Positions 37,966 to 53,470 of a stretch of DNA of 64,000 bases are shown here, one piece after another. The DNA is from Felis catus. Taxonomy: Eukaryota. The stretch is from contig NC_058368.1 in NCBI RefSeq assembly GCF_018350175.1, positions 40,488,001 to 40,552,000 on the forward strand, written 5' to 3'. The notes under the pieces were generated by a model. It searched no databases and was not told where the DNA came from. It worked only from the letters and a program-made list of their open reading frames with translations. Position 1 is the first letter of the stretch, and every line of letters begins with the position of its first letter. A program made the position numbers and the translations under genes.

Positions 37966-40691
37966 CAGGAGGTCTAATAAAAACTAAAGCATATTTGAAT
38001 CTATATTCTTCAAATTTAACATGATTCCAATTGCCTAGACAAATGTTTGTACCAGTAAAATTTTATTTTTGAATTGTATTCTTTCTTATGTAGATATACA
38101 GAAGGTTAAAACAAATTATTTTAAGAAAGTTAACTTAGAGGGATGTTGTGTACTATATAAATTAATTTGGTGCATTTAACATGAAAGTTATTTCTGACAA
38201 CTTTTGTTGGGGGATGTCATGGAAACTAATGTGAGTGAAGTATTCTCTTGGTTATTTATACTCAAGTATCTTTATGGCAAATCCATATTTGTTCTACATT
38301 TCCTGACCAAGGAAATACTCTGTGACTTGATGGACGCTTCTTGGGTTTCTGTTACTGCTTTAGTCTTTTAATCTTCTTTGTTCTCTGCCCCCATTACATG
38401 ATTTTGAAAAAGTAGGAATCCATAGGTCTATGCAAGATATTTCCAATTATGTTGGATGCATGAAGCAGGTTTGAATTATAGGAGTTTCTTGGAATAAAGA
38501 TGTTAATTGCTTTCCCACATGTTAATCTTCTAAAGCTATTTGCTTAAGGAAAGAATCTCTTTTTCAATATATGCAAGCCTTCTGTAAAACCTCTGTAAAA
38601 GTGCAAAACCTGTCTGCATTTGTAAAGCATTTTTACAAAAAGTATAACTAATTAGTAAATATAGATACAAGTCCTCTCAGATACTTAATATAAAATGTAA
38701 AGTTATTATGAGGCAAGAATTTGCCATAAATATACAATAATAATCTTCAGTTCTTTTGTTGCTGTGGTTATAATTGTCTACAAATTTATGTACTTGCCTC
38801 ATTTATATTATTAACTGCATTTTATGTAAGTTTAAAGACTATTTCCTCCTGTTCTTCCTTGACCTGTGCTTTTGGAGCAAAATTCTATTTTTAGATTCAC
38901 CTTGGAGGGGGGAGAAAAACAAAGAACATCTTTCCTTAATGTAAGTTCACATTCATCAATTTAGATGGGAATTTCATTGGAAATCAATAAACAGAGAACA
39001 CAAAAAATTTCAAAGCTTGTCAACTAAATGGTTTGTGAAGCTAGGGAGTTTAGAAAAATCACCCAATTTATGATCACTGGATTAAGGGAATGAACTGTAG
39101 TATGATCAATTCCAAATATATCTTACATGTGATACTTGTCTAACCATTTGTTCTGCTTTTCCATTCTATTATCCTCTGCACATGATCTTTTCATTTTCTA
39201 TCAAATAATAGATAATAGTATCAGGGGTTTTAGAAACAAATTTCATATCAGTTCCTCTGGTAAAATAACACAATGGTAAATTTGAAAAATACATCACATT
39301 CATTTCATCATCCAGTCATCAGTATTTGAAGAAGAATTCGTTCAAGAGTATACTACAGAGAGACAAAGGAACTAATAGTGATAGGTCAGGAACATTTGTC
39401 TTTTGTCATAAAAACAGTAACAAAATTATCTTTAAATCTAAACTGGAAAGAATTAGGATGGTTTTAATTTTATTTGTCCATAGTACATATTCAATAAAAA
39501 TTGGAATTGATGAATAAATCAGTCCGTAGAATTTTTTGTTTTATTTGAGAAAGAAGCAAAGACATATGAATCACTGATTTATGAAATGTGGAAGTATCAT
39601 CCAAAGTAATTTAGAGTGGTTCTTTCAAAAACATAGATTCATTTAAACACTTTAGGTAAATATTTTGCTTGTGAATTATAAACTTGGATTTGGATTATAC
39701 TCTTAAAAATTTTTTTTATACAAGGGGGGGCACTTAAGGGATAAGCAAGGATATACACACACATACACACACATATGAAATCACATATCAAGTTTATTGT
39801 AGGGAAAAGGGAAAATATAAAAATCAGATATATTTACCCACTTAGCCCATAGACTTATTGGTAGTATAGTCATATATAAATTCCAAGATTTTTTCATGAT
39901 GCTAATAAGCACATTGAATGTGTGTTTTCTCTTAGTCTTTACGTCATTTATTCTCTTAACACATGCCCTAACGCCTAACATAGTTTCACTTACTTTTATT
40001 ATTTCTCCGATTTTTATGGATGCCAATTTACTCTACTGGAGGAAAATAGATGACTCTGAAGTATCATAAGCATTAAGTCAAAGTATTTTTCCTCAAAGGT
40101 ATTGTGCTAAATTACATTTAGGCTGTGTTTAATGCACTGAATGTGTATTTATTGAATAATCATCACCATTAAGCATATGATAAAGTTTAAAGTAGAGTAA
40201 GGAAATCATTTCCATTTGTCACCAGCTTTCCCCAAAAAATATATACATGGACCCACAAACATGTATTCACCCCAGTCGCATTGATTAGGGTTAGCAGCCA
40301 TTCTTTTTAACTTTTATCTCTTAGTGGACACCATAATTCAGTATTATCAACTGACTTAAATCTGAAAGAAAATGAATGTATTGCTACATAATTTGAGGAT
40401 CCTTAATCCATTTAGTTTATTTGTGTATAGCCTACTTTATCCAAGAAAAGATGTAAGATTAACACATCATTGCCTTTCAATACAATGACCTAAAATTTGA
40501 GATATATAAATACCAATAATACATTTAGTGTTCTGAAAATATATTTTCTTAATCTTGACTTAGTCTGTGCTGTCTTTTTCAATTTTTTTTATGGGAATAT
40601 GTGGTGTTTAAATTAACTTACATAAGTTTCCCATTATATAACTTTTTATTATGTATAGTTACTACATTTTTAATTTAATTCCCATTTATAT

Positions 40692-40721
40692 ATTAACAAA
40701 TATTTTTCTTGAGAGAGAGAG

Positions 40722-40761
<40 letters not shown>

Positions 40762-40928
40762 CGCGCACGTGCAGGGAAGAGGCAGAGGGACAGGGAAAGA
40801 GAATCTCAAGCAAGCTCCATGCTCAGCACTGAGTCCCATGCAGGTCTTGATCTCACAACTGAGAAATCATGACCTGAGCCAAGATTAAGAGTTAGACTCT
40901 TAACTGATTGGGCCACCCTAGGTGCTCC
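40692..40928 (-). mobile_element. Can-SINE (copy of 170-406)
   Basis: Duplicate in copy B. Confidence 0.85.
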
Positions 40929-42655
40929 TGAATAACTCTTTTTCATAGTATTATTTGACTTGTTGACTTTATGTCATACTTAGCCCAACTCAGTATCGCT
41001 GTGAAAATATCCAGGAATAGATGACGCGGAACCATATACAGAAAATCTTCCATAAAATACAACTGTTAGAATAACGATTCACAAATGAAACTAATTAGAA
41101 CAGGAAAATTTTCAAAAGTTAGTAGGACATGACAACAGTATGCCAAATGTAAAGAGAGACACTATCTCTTTCAGACAGAAGCTGTGGGGGGAAAATTGGT
41201 TGGGGAATGTTCATTGGGCAGAAAAGAGGAGGGGGATAAAGGCAACACACTTTTTAACTGTGCCCTGTCGGTCTGTCAAGTCCCATGGCCTCTATTTTAT
41301 GTTCTGTGTCTCATTTTCTAACAACTTGAAGCTCAAAAGAGGGAAAGTCAAGGAGTTTAAATTGAGGAAGAAAGATAGCAGTGCATTTAGGTTTCACTTT
41401 GGCTTTTTCACCTCCAATTTGCAATGCTCCAGTGCGGGGAAAGGAGAAGAATTGTACATTTCGCTGGGAGGTTGGAAGCCTGGTCTTAACAGGCTTAACA
41501 GTATAGGAGGGTTAGAATGTTAAACGTATCAAAATTGTCTTATTAAACATAATTTTATATCAGGCTATTTTGTGTATTGTAACCATGCAACTTCACTGAG
41601 TAGAAGTAGACATAAATAGACGGGTTTGCCACTACATGTACTGTGTTGTGAATGGAAGTAGGAAAAACCTTCTGGGAACCAAAATACTTGAATAAAATTG
41701 ATGGATGTCACATTCAATATTTAATTGTTTATTAAATAACACATTTGGAGTATTCGTCATGAATGTGTTATAGCCTATAAACTTTAACATGAAGTAACTG
41801 ATCTTTCTTAATGCTTAGAACGGGTATAAATGTATTTTTAAAAGGGCAATTAATAGTTATATCTACATTAAAATAAATTATGTCCGTTTTAATGAATGTG
41901 TTGGCTGTTGTTGAGGACATAGCACATTTTACACAAGGAAAATCAAAAGTATGTATAGCAGCACAATCTGAAATTTACAATTTTACAGCTTAATTATGAG
42001 CAGATTGACACCACTTGAGAAAGGGAGAAGAGGTGAAGGTGACCTAATAGCAAAACTAGGCACAATTTTATAGTAAAAACCTTAACTACCCAAGGAACAT
42101 TAATAATGCAATGCCAATAAATACTGCAATAAATATTGGACTTATTAATTTGAATTCATTACAAATGTTATTTAAGGAACTAAGTTTACACGCTCAGAGA
42201 AAAAAAAAACTGAAAAAGAATTTGGCACAGAGCAGGAGTTTGTACTCTGCTTTGATAGCTGATTGAGTGTATAGCTTAGTTTTGATATTACTTGGGGCAC
42301 AGTATAGTGTGTCAGAAACTTTCTCATATTAAATTGTCAATATCAATTCAGAAATTCATTATTTAATCAATTTTTTTCACAGAAGGAACAAAGCACATAA
42401 TCAAAAATGTGTATGCCCTTGATTTGTTTTCAGACAAGCAATAATCCCAACCACTCCTGCAAAATTCTGTTTGCTGATTTTCTATGACAATTTACATTTA
42501 AAATTGTAAACATTTAAATAATATGCAATTAAGTGGTTGGGGATTTGTTTAAATAACTGTATAATAGTGGATTTTAAAGGTGAATGCATTATTGTTTTAT
42601 ATCCCTTCAAATGTTTTATTCCTTCTCTCTGAAACACTCCATGACACTACTTGAA

Positions 42656-43152
42656 TTTTTTAAATGTTTATTTAGTTTTTTTGGGGGGAAGGGGGAGAGA
42701 GGGAGAGAGACAGAGACAGAGACAGAGAGACAGAGTGTGAGCAATGTGAGGGGCAGAGAAAGAGGGACATACAGAATCTGAAGCAGGCTCCAGGCTCTGA
42801 GCTGTCAGCACAGAGCCCGACGCAGGGCTTGAACTCACAAACCGTGAGATCATGACGTGAGCCACAGTCAGACACTTTTTTAAAATTTTTTACTGTTTAT
42901 TTATTTTTGAAAGAATGAGAGAGAGAGAGAGAGAGCGAGAGAGCAGGAGAGGGTCAGAGGGGGGGGGGGGGAGATACAGAATCCAAAGCAGTCTCCAGTC
43001 TCTGAGCTATCAGCACAGAGCCCAACGTGGGGTTCAAACTCATGAATGGTGAGATCAGACCTGGGCCAAAGTCAGACGCTTAACCAACTGAACCACCCAG
43101 GTGCCCCAAGCCCAAGTCAGACACTTAACTGAGTGAGCCACCCAGGTACCCC
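42656..43152 (-). mobile_element. Nested Can-SINE pair (copy of 2134-2629)
   Basis: Duplicate; poly-G is one base longer. Confidence 0.92.
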
Positions 43153-44648
43153 TCTATGCCACTACTTGAGTACTAGGTCCTTTTTCTCTTTAGGACTGAT
43201 CTATAATATTGCTTTCTCCAAGGAACCCTCATGAGCCATTTAGTTTAAAACAATCCAATCCCATTTGTTTAACATGGTTTTACCAAGGCAGTTTGGTAAA
43301 TCGTATTCTTAGTGCCTAGCATATGATCAAAACTCAATAAATATTAATTATTGAAGAAGGAATGATAGCCTGCAAGCATTTTGTAAGTCAGGCAGAAGGG
43401 AATTTTCTTGTATAGGAGGGATAAACACGAAAAAAAGTACTGAGTATTGAGTTGAAAGATGGCTTGACAGGACAGTTGAACAAGAAATGTCCTTCCTTGA
43501 GATTACCAGATTCTCAGACTGGTTGTTCCATATTCAGATACTGGCACAGGCTGATGACAGTTCAAAGTCCCGGGCATTGGAAGACAAGACTAAAGTTGGT
43601 CAAATCAAATGGCAGGTTGTTTGTTGGTACAAAAAGCTAATACTTTATAAAGACACAGAATGGAGTTTGGAAGTCAATATCTGGCCTTATTATAGGAAAA
43701 TCATGGAGGTATTTGTAAGTCATACTTAAGTCATATTGAAAAGGGTGATTCCTTGCAGTATGCCATTTCTTGGAATGCAAGAGGGTGGGAGGATTTCTTA
43801 ACCTTTGCTGCTTTCTAAGAGCACAGGGCTCATGTAAGGTATAACACTGCCAAAAGGAATAATTGAATACATGTTTGTTATAGTATATTTAATGTGATGT
43901 ATATGTATATGAATCTACATATCTAACTATAGATTTATGCTTTAATTTTGATACTGTCATGGCTATTTTTATATATCTACATAAGTAAGAGCTGATCACT
44001 GATTCTTAATGTGTCTAATTGTACAAGACTAACTGGTGTATTATTGGGTATCATCCTTGGCTTGTGACCACTATATGCCTTAATGTTTATGACAGTTAAA
44101 AAGAACCCTACCCATACTTTCAAATGCCGCTTAGCAGAGCAGTCCCTATTCCAGTTGAGAGTCATTGGGATGCAGATGTCATCATGTTATAGATTGCAAA
44201 TACTAATGCTACATTTCAATAATATTCTTTATTTTCACATGCATATTTGTTGTTAAGCTGCATTTGTTAAATATGTAAATAACAGAAAATACTTGTTCGA
44301 TCCCATGTGATCCATTCCACCATAAGCAATTCATCTAAGCCAATAATGGGGCAAAAATTCTGTTGAAAGCTATTGGCATTCTCGGCAAATTTGACCACAG
44401 GAAAGTTTTCTGAGAAGTTTTTGCAAATGGATTCCCAGCTTAGCAAAAAAGACAAATAAACAGATGATAACTTAGCTATACCTGGACATTTTCAAAAGTG
44501 AATATAAAGTGTGACCAAACTAGTTCATGGGAGAAGTCATACTCTAAGGAATTCTAAAGATGAGTGTGAGAACTCTGATAAATCATGCTATAGTTAGCCT
44601 TTCTTCTCAACACCTTTTCATATAAGTAAACAACTTTGTTTATTGTTT

Positions 44649-45949
44649 TTTTTAATATGAAATTTTTTGTCAAATTGGTTTCCATACAACACCCAGTGCT
44701 CATCCCAACACGTGCCCTCCTCAACGCCCATCACCCACTTTCCCCTCCCTCTTACCTCCCATCAACCCTCAGTTTGTTCTCAGTTTTTAAGAGTCTGTTA
44801 TGTTTTGGTTCCCTTCCTCTCTAACCTCTTCTTTTGATTTCTTCCCCTCCCCCATGGTCTTCTGTTAAGTTTCTCAGAATCCACATTAGCATAAAAACAT
44901 GCGGTATCTGTCTTTGTATGACTTATTTCACTTAGCATAACACTCTCCAGTTCCAACCACGTTGCTACAAAAGGCCATGTTTCATTCTTTCTTATTGCCA
45001 AGTAGTATTCCATTGTGTATATAAACCACAATTTCTTTGTCCACTCATCAGTTGATGGACATTTAGGCTCTTTCCATACTTTGGCTATTGTTGAAAGTGT
45101 TGCTATAAACATTGGGGTACAAATGCCCCTATGCATCAGCACTCCTGTATCCCTTGGGTAAATTCCTAGCAGTGCTATTGCTCGGTCATAGGGTAGATAT
45201 AGTTTTAATTTTTTGAGGAACCTCCACACTGATTTCCAGAGCAGCTGCACCAGTTTGCATTCCCACCAACAGTGCAAGAGGGTTCCCGTTTCTCCACATC
45301 CTCTCCAGCATCAATAGTCTACTGATTTGTTCATTTTAGCCACTCTGACAGGTGTGAGGTGGTATCTCATTGTGGTTTTGATTTGTATTTCCCTGATGAG
45401 GAGTGACGTTGAGCATCTTTTCATGTGCCTGTTGGCCCTCTGGATGTCTTCTTTAGAGAAGTGTCTATTCATGTCTTCTGCCCATTTCTTCACTGGATTA
45501 TTTGTTTTTTGGGTGTGGAGCTGGGTGAGATCTTTATAGATTTTGAATACTAGCCCTTTGTCCGATATGTCATTTGCAAATATCTTTTCCCATTACGTCA
45601 GTTGCCTTTTAGTTTTGTTGATTGTTTCCTTTGCAGTGCAGAAGCTTTTTATCTGGATGAGGTCCCAATAGTTCATTTTTGCTTTTAATTCCCTTGCCTT
45701 TGGAGATGTGTCAAATAAGAAATTGCTGCGGCTGAGGTCAGAGAGGTTTTTTTTTCCTGCTTTCTCCTCTAGGGTTTTGATGGTTTCCTGTCTCACATTC
45801 AGGTCTTTTATCCATTTTGAGTTTATTTTTGTGAATGCTGTAAGAAAGTGGTCCAGTTTCATTCTTCTGCATGCTGCTTTCCAGTTCTCCCAGCACCGTT
45901 TGTTAAAGAGACTGTCTTTTCCATTGGATATGCTTTCCTGCTTTGTCAA
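44649..45949 (-). mobile_element. 5'-truncated LINE-1 (copy of 4126-5426)
   Basis: Identical ORF2 remnants and TSD. Confidence 0.97.
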
Positions 45950-46852
45950 CTTTGTTTATTGTTTAAGCAAGTCTGAGTTGGTGATTTTGTTACTAGAAGT
46001 CAAAAAGCATCTTATGTGATATACTATATTAATACTAAAATCTAATAAAATATAAAGAAGTGATCTTTTCGACTATTTCTAAAAACTTTTAAACATGTTA
46101 TAAGCTCTCTTTCCCAAATTAAAGATTAAGTGTCTCTTAAGAATAATGGTACAGATTTATAAATTAAAAAAAAAATGTTGTGTTACTAAAAACATCCCTG
46201 ATGAGAAAATTAAAGATGTGTCTACTTATTGATAAGAGTTGGTGAAAAGTATTTTTTTAGCCATGTTTGTAAGTCAATACTGGGTGCACATTTAATGAAC
46301 ACGGAACTATTATAATGGAAAATATTACATATAAACTATTAGTCATTCCTTTGTGTTACACCTAAGTATGCTCTTATTGTATGCATATGTGGAAAAAGTA
46401 ACAATAGTGAATTTTTGTTAAGTATTTCCCCAAATAAACTTGCATACCAAGAAATATTAAGAGAGCAGAACAAGTAACAGGCTACATTTGATGAGAGAGA
46501 GGATGGAGGGTAAATTAAGAATTATCAGGTGCTGTAATCACTGCCTGGCTGACAGTAACTGTACCTTGTTTAACTGCCCGATAGAAAAACGAAACCTGAG
46601 TATCTGAAAAAGCTGATAAGTACTAGAGAATTAGTTACATGGGATAAGAGATACTAAGATGGAAACATCAAATTATTCAATCAAGAAAATGTCCTGAAAA
46701 CCTAACATGTTCCAGGTAGTGTTACGTATCCTGGGGATATAATAATTAAAAAAAAAGTTGAATGTTAGTTATTCTTTTATGGAATATACATTCTGTGAGG
46801 ATAAAAGTCAATAAACAACATGTTTTCATAGCAGTTATGTCTACACGCACGT

Positions 46853-47553
46853 AAAGAAATAATGGCAGGATAGGGATGATTGTAAATAGAATGGTTAGGA
46901 AGAAAATATTCTCTGAAGGATGATGGTTTTGTTGGGTTCTGAAAAACAAGCCTAGACTAGTTAGGGAAATTTCTTCTGGAAGCAGTTGCTGGCCGAAGGA
47001 GTCACAATTACAAAGACCCTCATGCTTAGACCGAGTTTTCCATGGAAGCCAAAAGCAACAAGGCCAACATGCCTCAGGTACTTTGAGCAGGTAAGTTTGT
47101 GGATCTAGATGGGATTGGAGATAAATATGGGAGTGTGATTGGAAAGAACTTTATAATAAGGAGTTTGGGTAATATTTAAATTGCAAAGGAAAAGCTACTG
47201 GAGAGTTATTAATGGTAAAGTGACATATTTTTCAAAGACTAAGATTGGTGCTTAACTGGGAATCATCAGAAAGAGGTAATATAAAAAACTAAAGTAACCA
47301 GTTAAAAGATTATTGCTAAACAATTGCTAAAATCATTTGAACTATAGAACAGAAAGTAAACAAATTCAGGATATCTTTTGGAAAAGATATCAAAGCATTT
47401 TTCAAGGAGCTGGACTTGGAGGAAGGGAAGGGAAGAGAAGAAACAAAAATGACTTTTTTTTTCATTGAATAACTAGATGTATGTAGTTGCCATTTACTAA
47501 ATGGAAACAAAAAACACCCACAAAAATCTAGCATACTAGAAGTATCTTCATTA
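46853..47553 (-). mobile_element. L2 fragment (copy of 6330-7030)
   Basis: Duplicate in copy B. Confidence 0.5.
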
Positions 47554-47732
47554 CTCTTTACTTTGAGTGTATTCGTTTCTACATGTGTAGTATAGATATA
47601 TCATTCTCTTTTCAGGAAAGTCTATGGTGAAGATCACTGATATATAAAAAACAATCAAACAAACAAACAAAACAAAAAACAAAACAAACTTTCACCACAC
47701 GATAATCATTATCAACTCACTAATCCTAACAT

Positions 47733-48183
47733 GGGGCAAAGTATTTTAATTATCCCTAGCATTCATCTATTCTTTTTTTGTCTTAGTAATAAAATTCCCC
47801 AGATCATCGGGGTACATTGTTGCCTACCTAAGGAAGAGTTTATAATCTTCCCTTACAGTAACATGTGAAACTTCTGGACCATCTCCTTAAAGATCAAGTC
47901 ACATATCCTGCATTGCATTCCTCAGCGCCCCCCCCCCCCCATCCTGCTGGTTAAGAGATAGCAACACTGATGCCTTGGACTCAGAGGGAGACAAAATTTG
48001 GGGGAAATCAGAGCTAATCTGCCAGCTTGGCTCACTTGATGGACTTAACCTGAAATCCAGAAATCTCTTCTGTAGTTAATGATGTGAAAGAAAAGTAAAC
48101 TTCTCTGTTACTTAAACCATAGCATTTTGGAGAATGTGTTAGTCTAGCTTGTACTCTTTTACTAGCTTGTACTAGTAAATACA
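47733..48183 (+). mobile_element. MLT1-like relic (copy of 7210-7662)
   Basis: Duplicate; poly-C is two bases shorter. Confidence 0.5.
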
Positions 48184-48469
48184 TTATTTCCTAGAAAATA
48201 ATACTTATGAGGAACATTTGTGAATTTTTAACAAGCATGGAAAGATGGGCATTGGATTGTGTGTGTGTGTGCGTGCTAGCACTTACATGCATGCGCATGC
48301 ACACCCATGAGTGCAAGTGCTGAAATAATATGAGCCCAACAACTGAAGAATAGAGTGGGAAAATAATTTTATCTACCTTTACAAATGGGAAAAATTGAGA
48401 CTGTCTATATTTCTGAGTAAGAAGGAATGTGAAACAATATTCTTGTTCTGTAAGAATCATTTCTGTATT

Positions 48470-48716
48470 GGGGTACCTGGGGGGCTTAGTTGGTTAAGTG
48501 ACCAACTCTTGATTTTGGCCCAGGTCATGATCTCACAGTTCCTGAGTTCGAGCATTGCCTGGAGCTCTGCAAATGGAGCTTGCTTGGAATTCCCCCTCTC
48601 TCCCTCTGTCCTCCCTCTCTTCCCCTCCCCTGCTCATGCGCATATACCTCCCATGAGAGTGGCATACTCCTTCTATCTCTCTCAAAAAAATAAATAAACT
48701 TTAAAATTTTTTTAAA
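48470..48716 (+). mobile_element. Can-SINE (copy of 7949-8195)
   Basis: Duplicate in copy B. Confidence 0.9.
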
Positions 48717-49630
48717 AGGAATCATTGCTTCTTATAATAAATCTGGGATGGGAGAGTGGTACTCTATATGCAGCGTATTTTCAAATGTTTGAATTAGAAA
48801 TAAATGTCATAGTAAATCAGTCAGGAGATAAATGAGAACTTGGGAAAAACTCAATTAGGTATTGGCATTTCTCTGCATGCTACAGAACTCACAAAACTTT
48901 TGTCAGAATTCTGTTGCAAAATACTTGAGAGGTATTATGCTTTCTAGTGACATAAGTAAAGATAGAAAAGTCTAGAATAACTTCTTCCTGCAAGTCGGAT
49001 ATCCTGCGAATTCTTTAATCCTATACATAATTCTGAAAATGGGCATTTTACTTGCTTTTTCACAGTAGCCAGATAGGAAGTGTGTTTGAAGAAGCAAATT
49101 AAAAAAAATGTATTCAGACTATATCCTTTCAAAGAAAATGAATGAAGCAGATGCAATATGTCCTCCTTGTTTCACAAAAATAAATAGCAATCAACAAAAC
49201 TTCCATCTCATATTCAAAAAGTTTAATCAAGGTCATAGTTTTCAACTTTATTTCCAACACATTCAATTAGTAAGAAATCAATAATTTATATACACTGCGA
49301 CAAAGAATAATGTGAAGAGGATCAATTTAGTTGAATAATGAGAAATGTAGCTTAAACATTTTATTTGCATTGTACTTCAGTTAAACCTTGATACGATAAA
49401 TGTGCCCTGGTGCTTTCTTGATGTGGAAATAAAAACTGACCACCAAAGATTTGGGCCTTCCTTCCTTAATGTAAAATAATTTCTAAAAGTTGGCTGTGCA
49501 GTGTCTGCATTTTCCAAGCCTTTGTCAGAAATGTAATGATTAATTACACAGTTAAGTTAGTCAAAGGGAACATGCAAAAGGAAGCAAACAATTTGAATGC
49601 TACAAATTGGAGAGGATATTGAAATAGCAA

Positions 49631-49781
49631 TACTTAAATTTAATAATATTTTAATTTATTTTAGTTATCTAATTTAATATTTTAATTTAATACTTAATTT
49701 AATTTAAATATAATAATTTAATTTAATAGTAATTTTAAATTAAAAATTAATAATTTAATAGTAATATTTTAATATTTAAAT
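49631..49781. repeat. AT-rich low-complexity tract (copy of 9110-9260)
   Basis: Duplicate in copy B. Confidence 0.8.
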
Positions 49782-52700
49782 GAGAAAAGCTCACATGAGC
49801 TTTTGCCTAGATTATCTGATTCATTATATATAGTTTATAAAGAAAGGATGAAAGGAGAGAGATAAGGACAGAGGTAAGGAAAGATGGGAAGAGGTAGAGG
49901 GAAAAGAAAACAAATAAAACTTTCCTTTGTAAATATCACATCATCTGTAATTTCATTCTCGTTACTAGAAATTGGAATGATCAGACTACATTGTTTCAGG
50001 TAAGAAACTTAGCTAGTTTGAGCCAGTAGTTCTGTCTTGAATGTTTAAGTTGTGGCTTTGAAACAAGGCTTACAGAAGAAAAAAACTGGAATTCAGATCT
50101 TAATACTTGAACATTCCTTCCTATTCCACTTCCCTCAAACAACAATAACAACAACAACACCTTTTAAATTTTTCTTCTCAATTTTCAAGTAAATCCTCAA
50201 ACTACCCTGTATACCCTCACACTAGTTCAAGTCCCATCTAGTTCTTTGTTAGTGCCCGGGCAGAGAAAAATCAGTGGCAGATTCTCCTCCTTTATGGGAT
50301 GGGCAAGAACCTGGAGAACCAGTTTAGAGCTCTCCAGTGAAGACCAACAATGTAGCAGATTCTAGACAAGATAGGGGCTGAGAGATCTGTGGACTCTCTC
50401 AGAGGAATGATCCTTGTAAGTTCTCATTGAAACTATACTGCTATTGGAGGAAAGACAGTAATTAAATCAATGGAAAAAATTTCCCTGATCTGAGTTGGGA
50501 AACTAAGTTGGCAGACTAAGAATCCACAGTATTCCAGGTCAGAATAATAATAAGAGATAAAGTTACTCATAAATATCTTGGTAACATCAATTAAGGGAAA
50601 ACTTACAACCTTCATGTTGACAAAACAAAATAAAACTTGGCATCTGCAAGGGAAAATACATACATACACCAAAAAAGCCTACCTGACATTTTATTTTTTA
50701 TTTTATTTTTAGAACACTGAAAACAACAACAAAAAATGAAATAAGTAAATAAATAGTCTGTATGTCCATATGTACAGTTGCCAAGAAGTGGGCTCTGTGA
50801 CTTTTCTGAAATGAGCTACATTTTGGAGAACAAACTTGAAAAATTGAAAAACTTGGTATGAATCTCTGGGATAAAAGGAACACTGTCTTCATCATCATCT
50901 CCTCTGATGGGTTGTTTTAATTACCAGTACAACCTAGCTTTGATCTTTTTTGATTCTGGCCAGTATTTCAGATTTCCCCCCTTCCTTTGTAATCAGTATA
51001 CAGATAGTAAACCCAATCTATTTTCTGTATCAAAATTAAAAAGAATTTGAATAGCCCTCTGTATAAACCGATTATTTCCCTCATTTCTCAGGCAAGTTAA
51101 TTTAGTATTAGGAGATGTTAGTTACAGATTTTGTTAACACCACAGGTTTTTTGTATTCCTGTTTTTCTCACTTTGCAATCAATAAGTACAATTAAAAGTT
51201 TTCATTTTCTAGTATCTTAGATCTTATCCTCTAAAATACAAGTAACTGTACATACATGCCTTTCTTTCTTTTTAGCATATTTACCCAATTTTTTGAAAGT
51301 CACGGTTTGAATATAGAATAATCTCTTCAGGGTTGATATATTACATTTCTAATTATAACCTTAAACTGTTTAAAGAATCTGATAATTCAGTGAGAAATCA
51401 GATACCGACAGGTTTTAAACCAAAAGTATTTTGAAATATTTTATCTCATCTATGAACACGTTTCTTGCCACTTATCCCACAGTCTGCAGAGTGCTATTTT
51501 TCTTACTTTCATTTTTTGACAGTTTCTGTATTTACCCAATGAAATTCAACAAGGTTGAGATAGAAAAAAAATCTGTTATCATATTAGCTAGCAATTTTTC
51601 CAAGCAGAAAAAAAAGAGACAGAATTGTGCTTTAAACGTCAGCTAGTAATAAAACATGCTTGTTATGCATATATAAGACTCAGGAAACAGAACATCACTT
51701 GATAATTTTTAAAAATACATATCATTAATAAAAATAAGTGAATTGATTAGATATAAAATAATATTTGAAACATTACGAAGTTACCCATGTGCTCTGTGCA
51801 ATTTTGTAATATGTGATTGTATCATTAATGTTATAACTTATTGCAGGTAAAGCCTTGTGATGGTACCCATATATCTAGGTAACTCTAATTTAAAGTAGAA
51901 GAGAAGCAATAAAAGTATTAAGGGAAAGAAACAATTTTTGAAATAGCAATTTATTTTCTAGATGAAAAATATAAACTTCAGTCCTATATTTGACATGAGT
52001 ATATATCAAAATCTTTCCTCAAATGTGGACTGAAGCCTGAGTTGTTACTTGCAGGCCTGATTATAGTGCAAGGAAAACCCAATAAAATTGTGACACTATA
52101 CTTTTTTATAGCTCTTTTCTCTAATAAATATTGATTTTGAGATATTGGTAAAGATTACAGCTTGTAGGTAAGAAACTGTTGATCCAAATATGGTACAAGT
52201 ATTTTTTTTTTTCTGAATGACTCTGTTAGCTTTAATTTGGTAAAGTGATTTAACATGATTAATGAAATTAGAAGTAGCATTGATTCCTGGTTATTGTTAT
52301 ACTTGACATATTAAAAATAGTTTAAAACGGTGGAAAATATATGTGTGTTCAAGGAGAATGAATTTTGGCACATAAAGTTTATTAAAATCGAGGCAATTTT
52401 TGTCACAGCATTGTACATGCCTAGGTCAATTTACAAACACCAAGTCTCTGTTAGTATATTGATGTAATTCATACAAGTGATTTTTCCTACTTTTTTAGCT
52501 GCTTTAAACAGAATATATTCAAAAGGTCAAATAGGACATTAAATCCAAAGGAATCTTCACTGCCAGTGTTACAATGAAATTATTAAAGGGGAAATATTTT
52601 AGTAAGTAATGCACCTATTCTTTTTATAATCTCAAGTGATCTCTACTGAATTGCTATGTTGTGTATAGTTGACAAGTAGGATATGAAAAAAATACTTATT

Positions 52701-52999
52701 ATATTACTATAATTTTTCTAAGAAATAAAATGAAAATACTTATTTAAATTTAAATAAGTAATAAAGCACCAATTATTATGCATATGTGTCCCAAAAACAG
52801 CAAATAAATTTACTAAGATAATTTTTTTAACTTTGCTATGTAGTATTACATTATATTAAATTATATTAAATATATTTAATTACATTAAACAGCACCTGCA
52901 TGATACAAAGAACATTTTTGCAAAAATTTGAAGTCCGACTAGCTGTTCCATGTGGGACAAAGGGCATGTGCAAAGACCTTGGACTAAAAATAAGTTTGA

Positions 53000-53223
53000 G
53001 GGGTGCCTGGGTGTCTCAGTGGGTTAAGCGTCCCACTTCAGCTCAGGTCAGGATCTCACGGTTGGTGAGTTCGAGCCCTACACTGGGCTGTATTTTGACA
53101 GCTCAGGGCCTGGAGCCTGCTTCAAATTCTATGTCTCCCTCTCTGCCCCTCCCCAGTCACACACTGTTTCTCTCTTTCTCAAAGTAAACATTAAAACATT
53201 TTTTAAAAAATTAAAAAAAATAG
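53000..53223 (+). mobile_element. Can-SINE (copy of 12479-12702)
   Basis: Duplicate in copy B. Confidence 0.92.
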
Positions 53224-53470
53224 AAATAAGTTTGATGTAATCCAGTAGCATCAAGAAAGTCAGTTTGAGTGGAATATTGTGAGCAAGTGGAGGGCATAAA
53301 TAGAAGACTTGCAGGGAATTCATGGGATACAATAAGGAGTTTGACTATTATTATAGAAAGTTGTATCCTTTGGAAAAATTTGAACAATAAATGTCATGAA
53401 TTCTTTTTTCTTAGAAAAAGTGATTTATTGTCTTACTACAGATTCTGGGAAGAACAGAATAAATGGGGGG

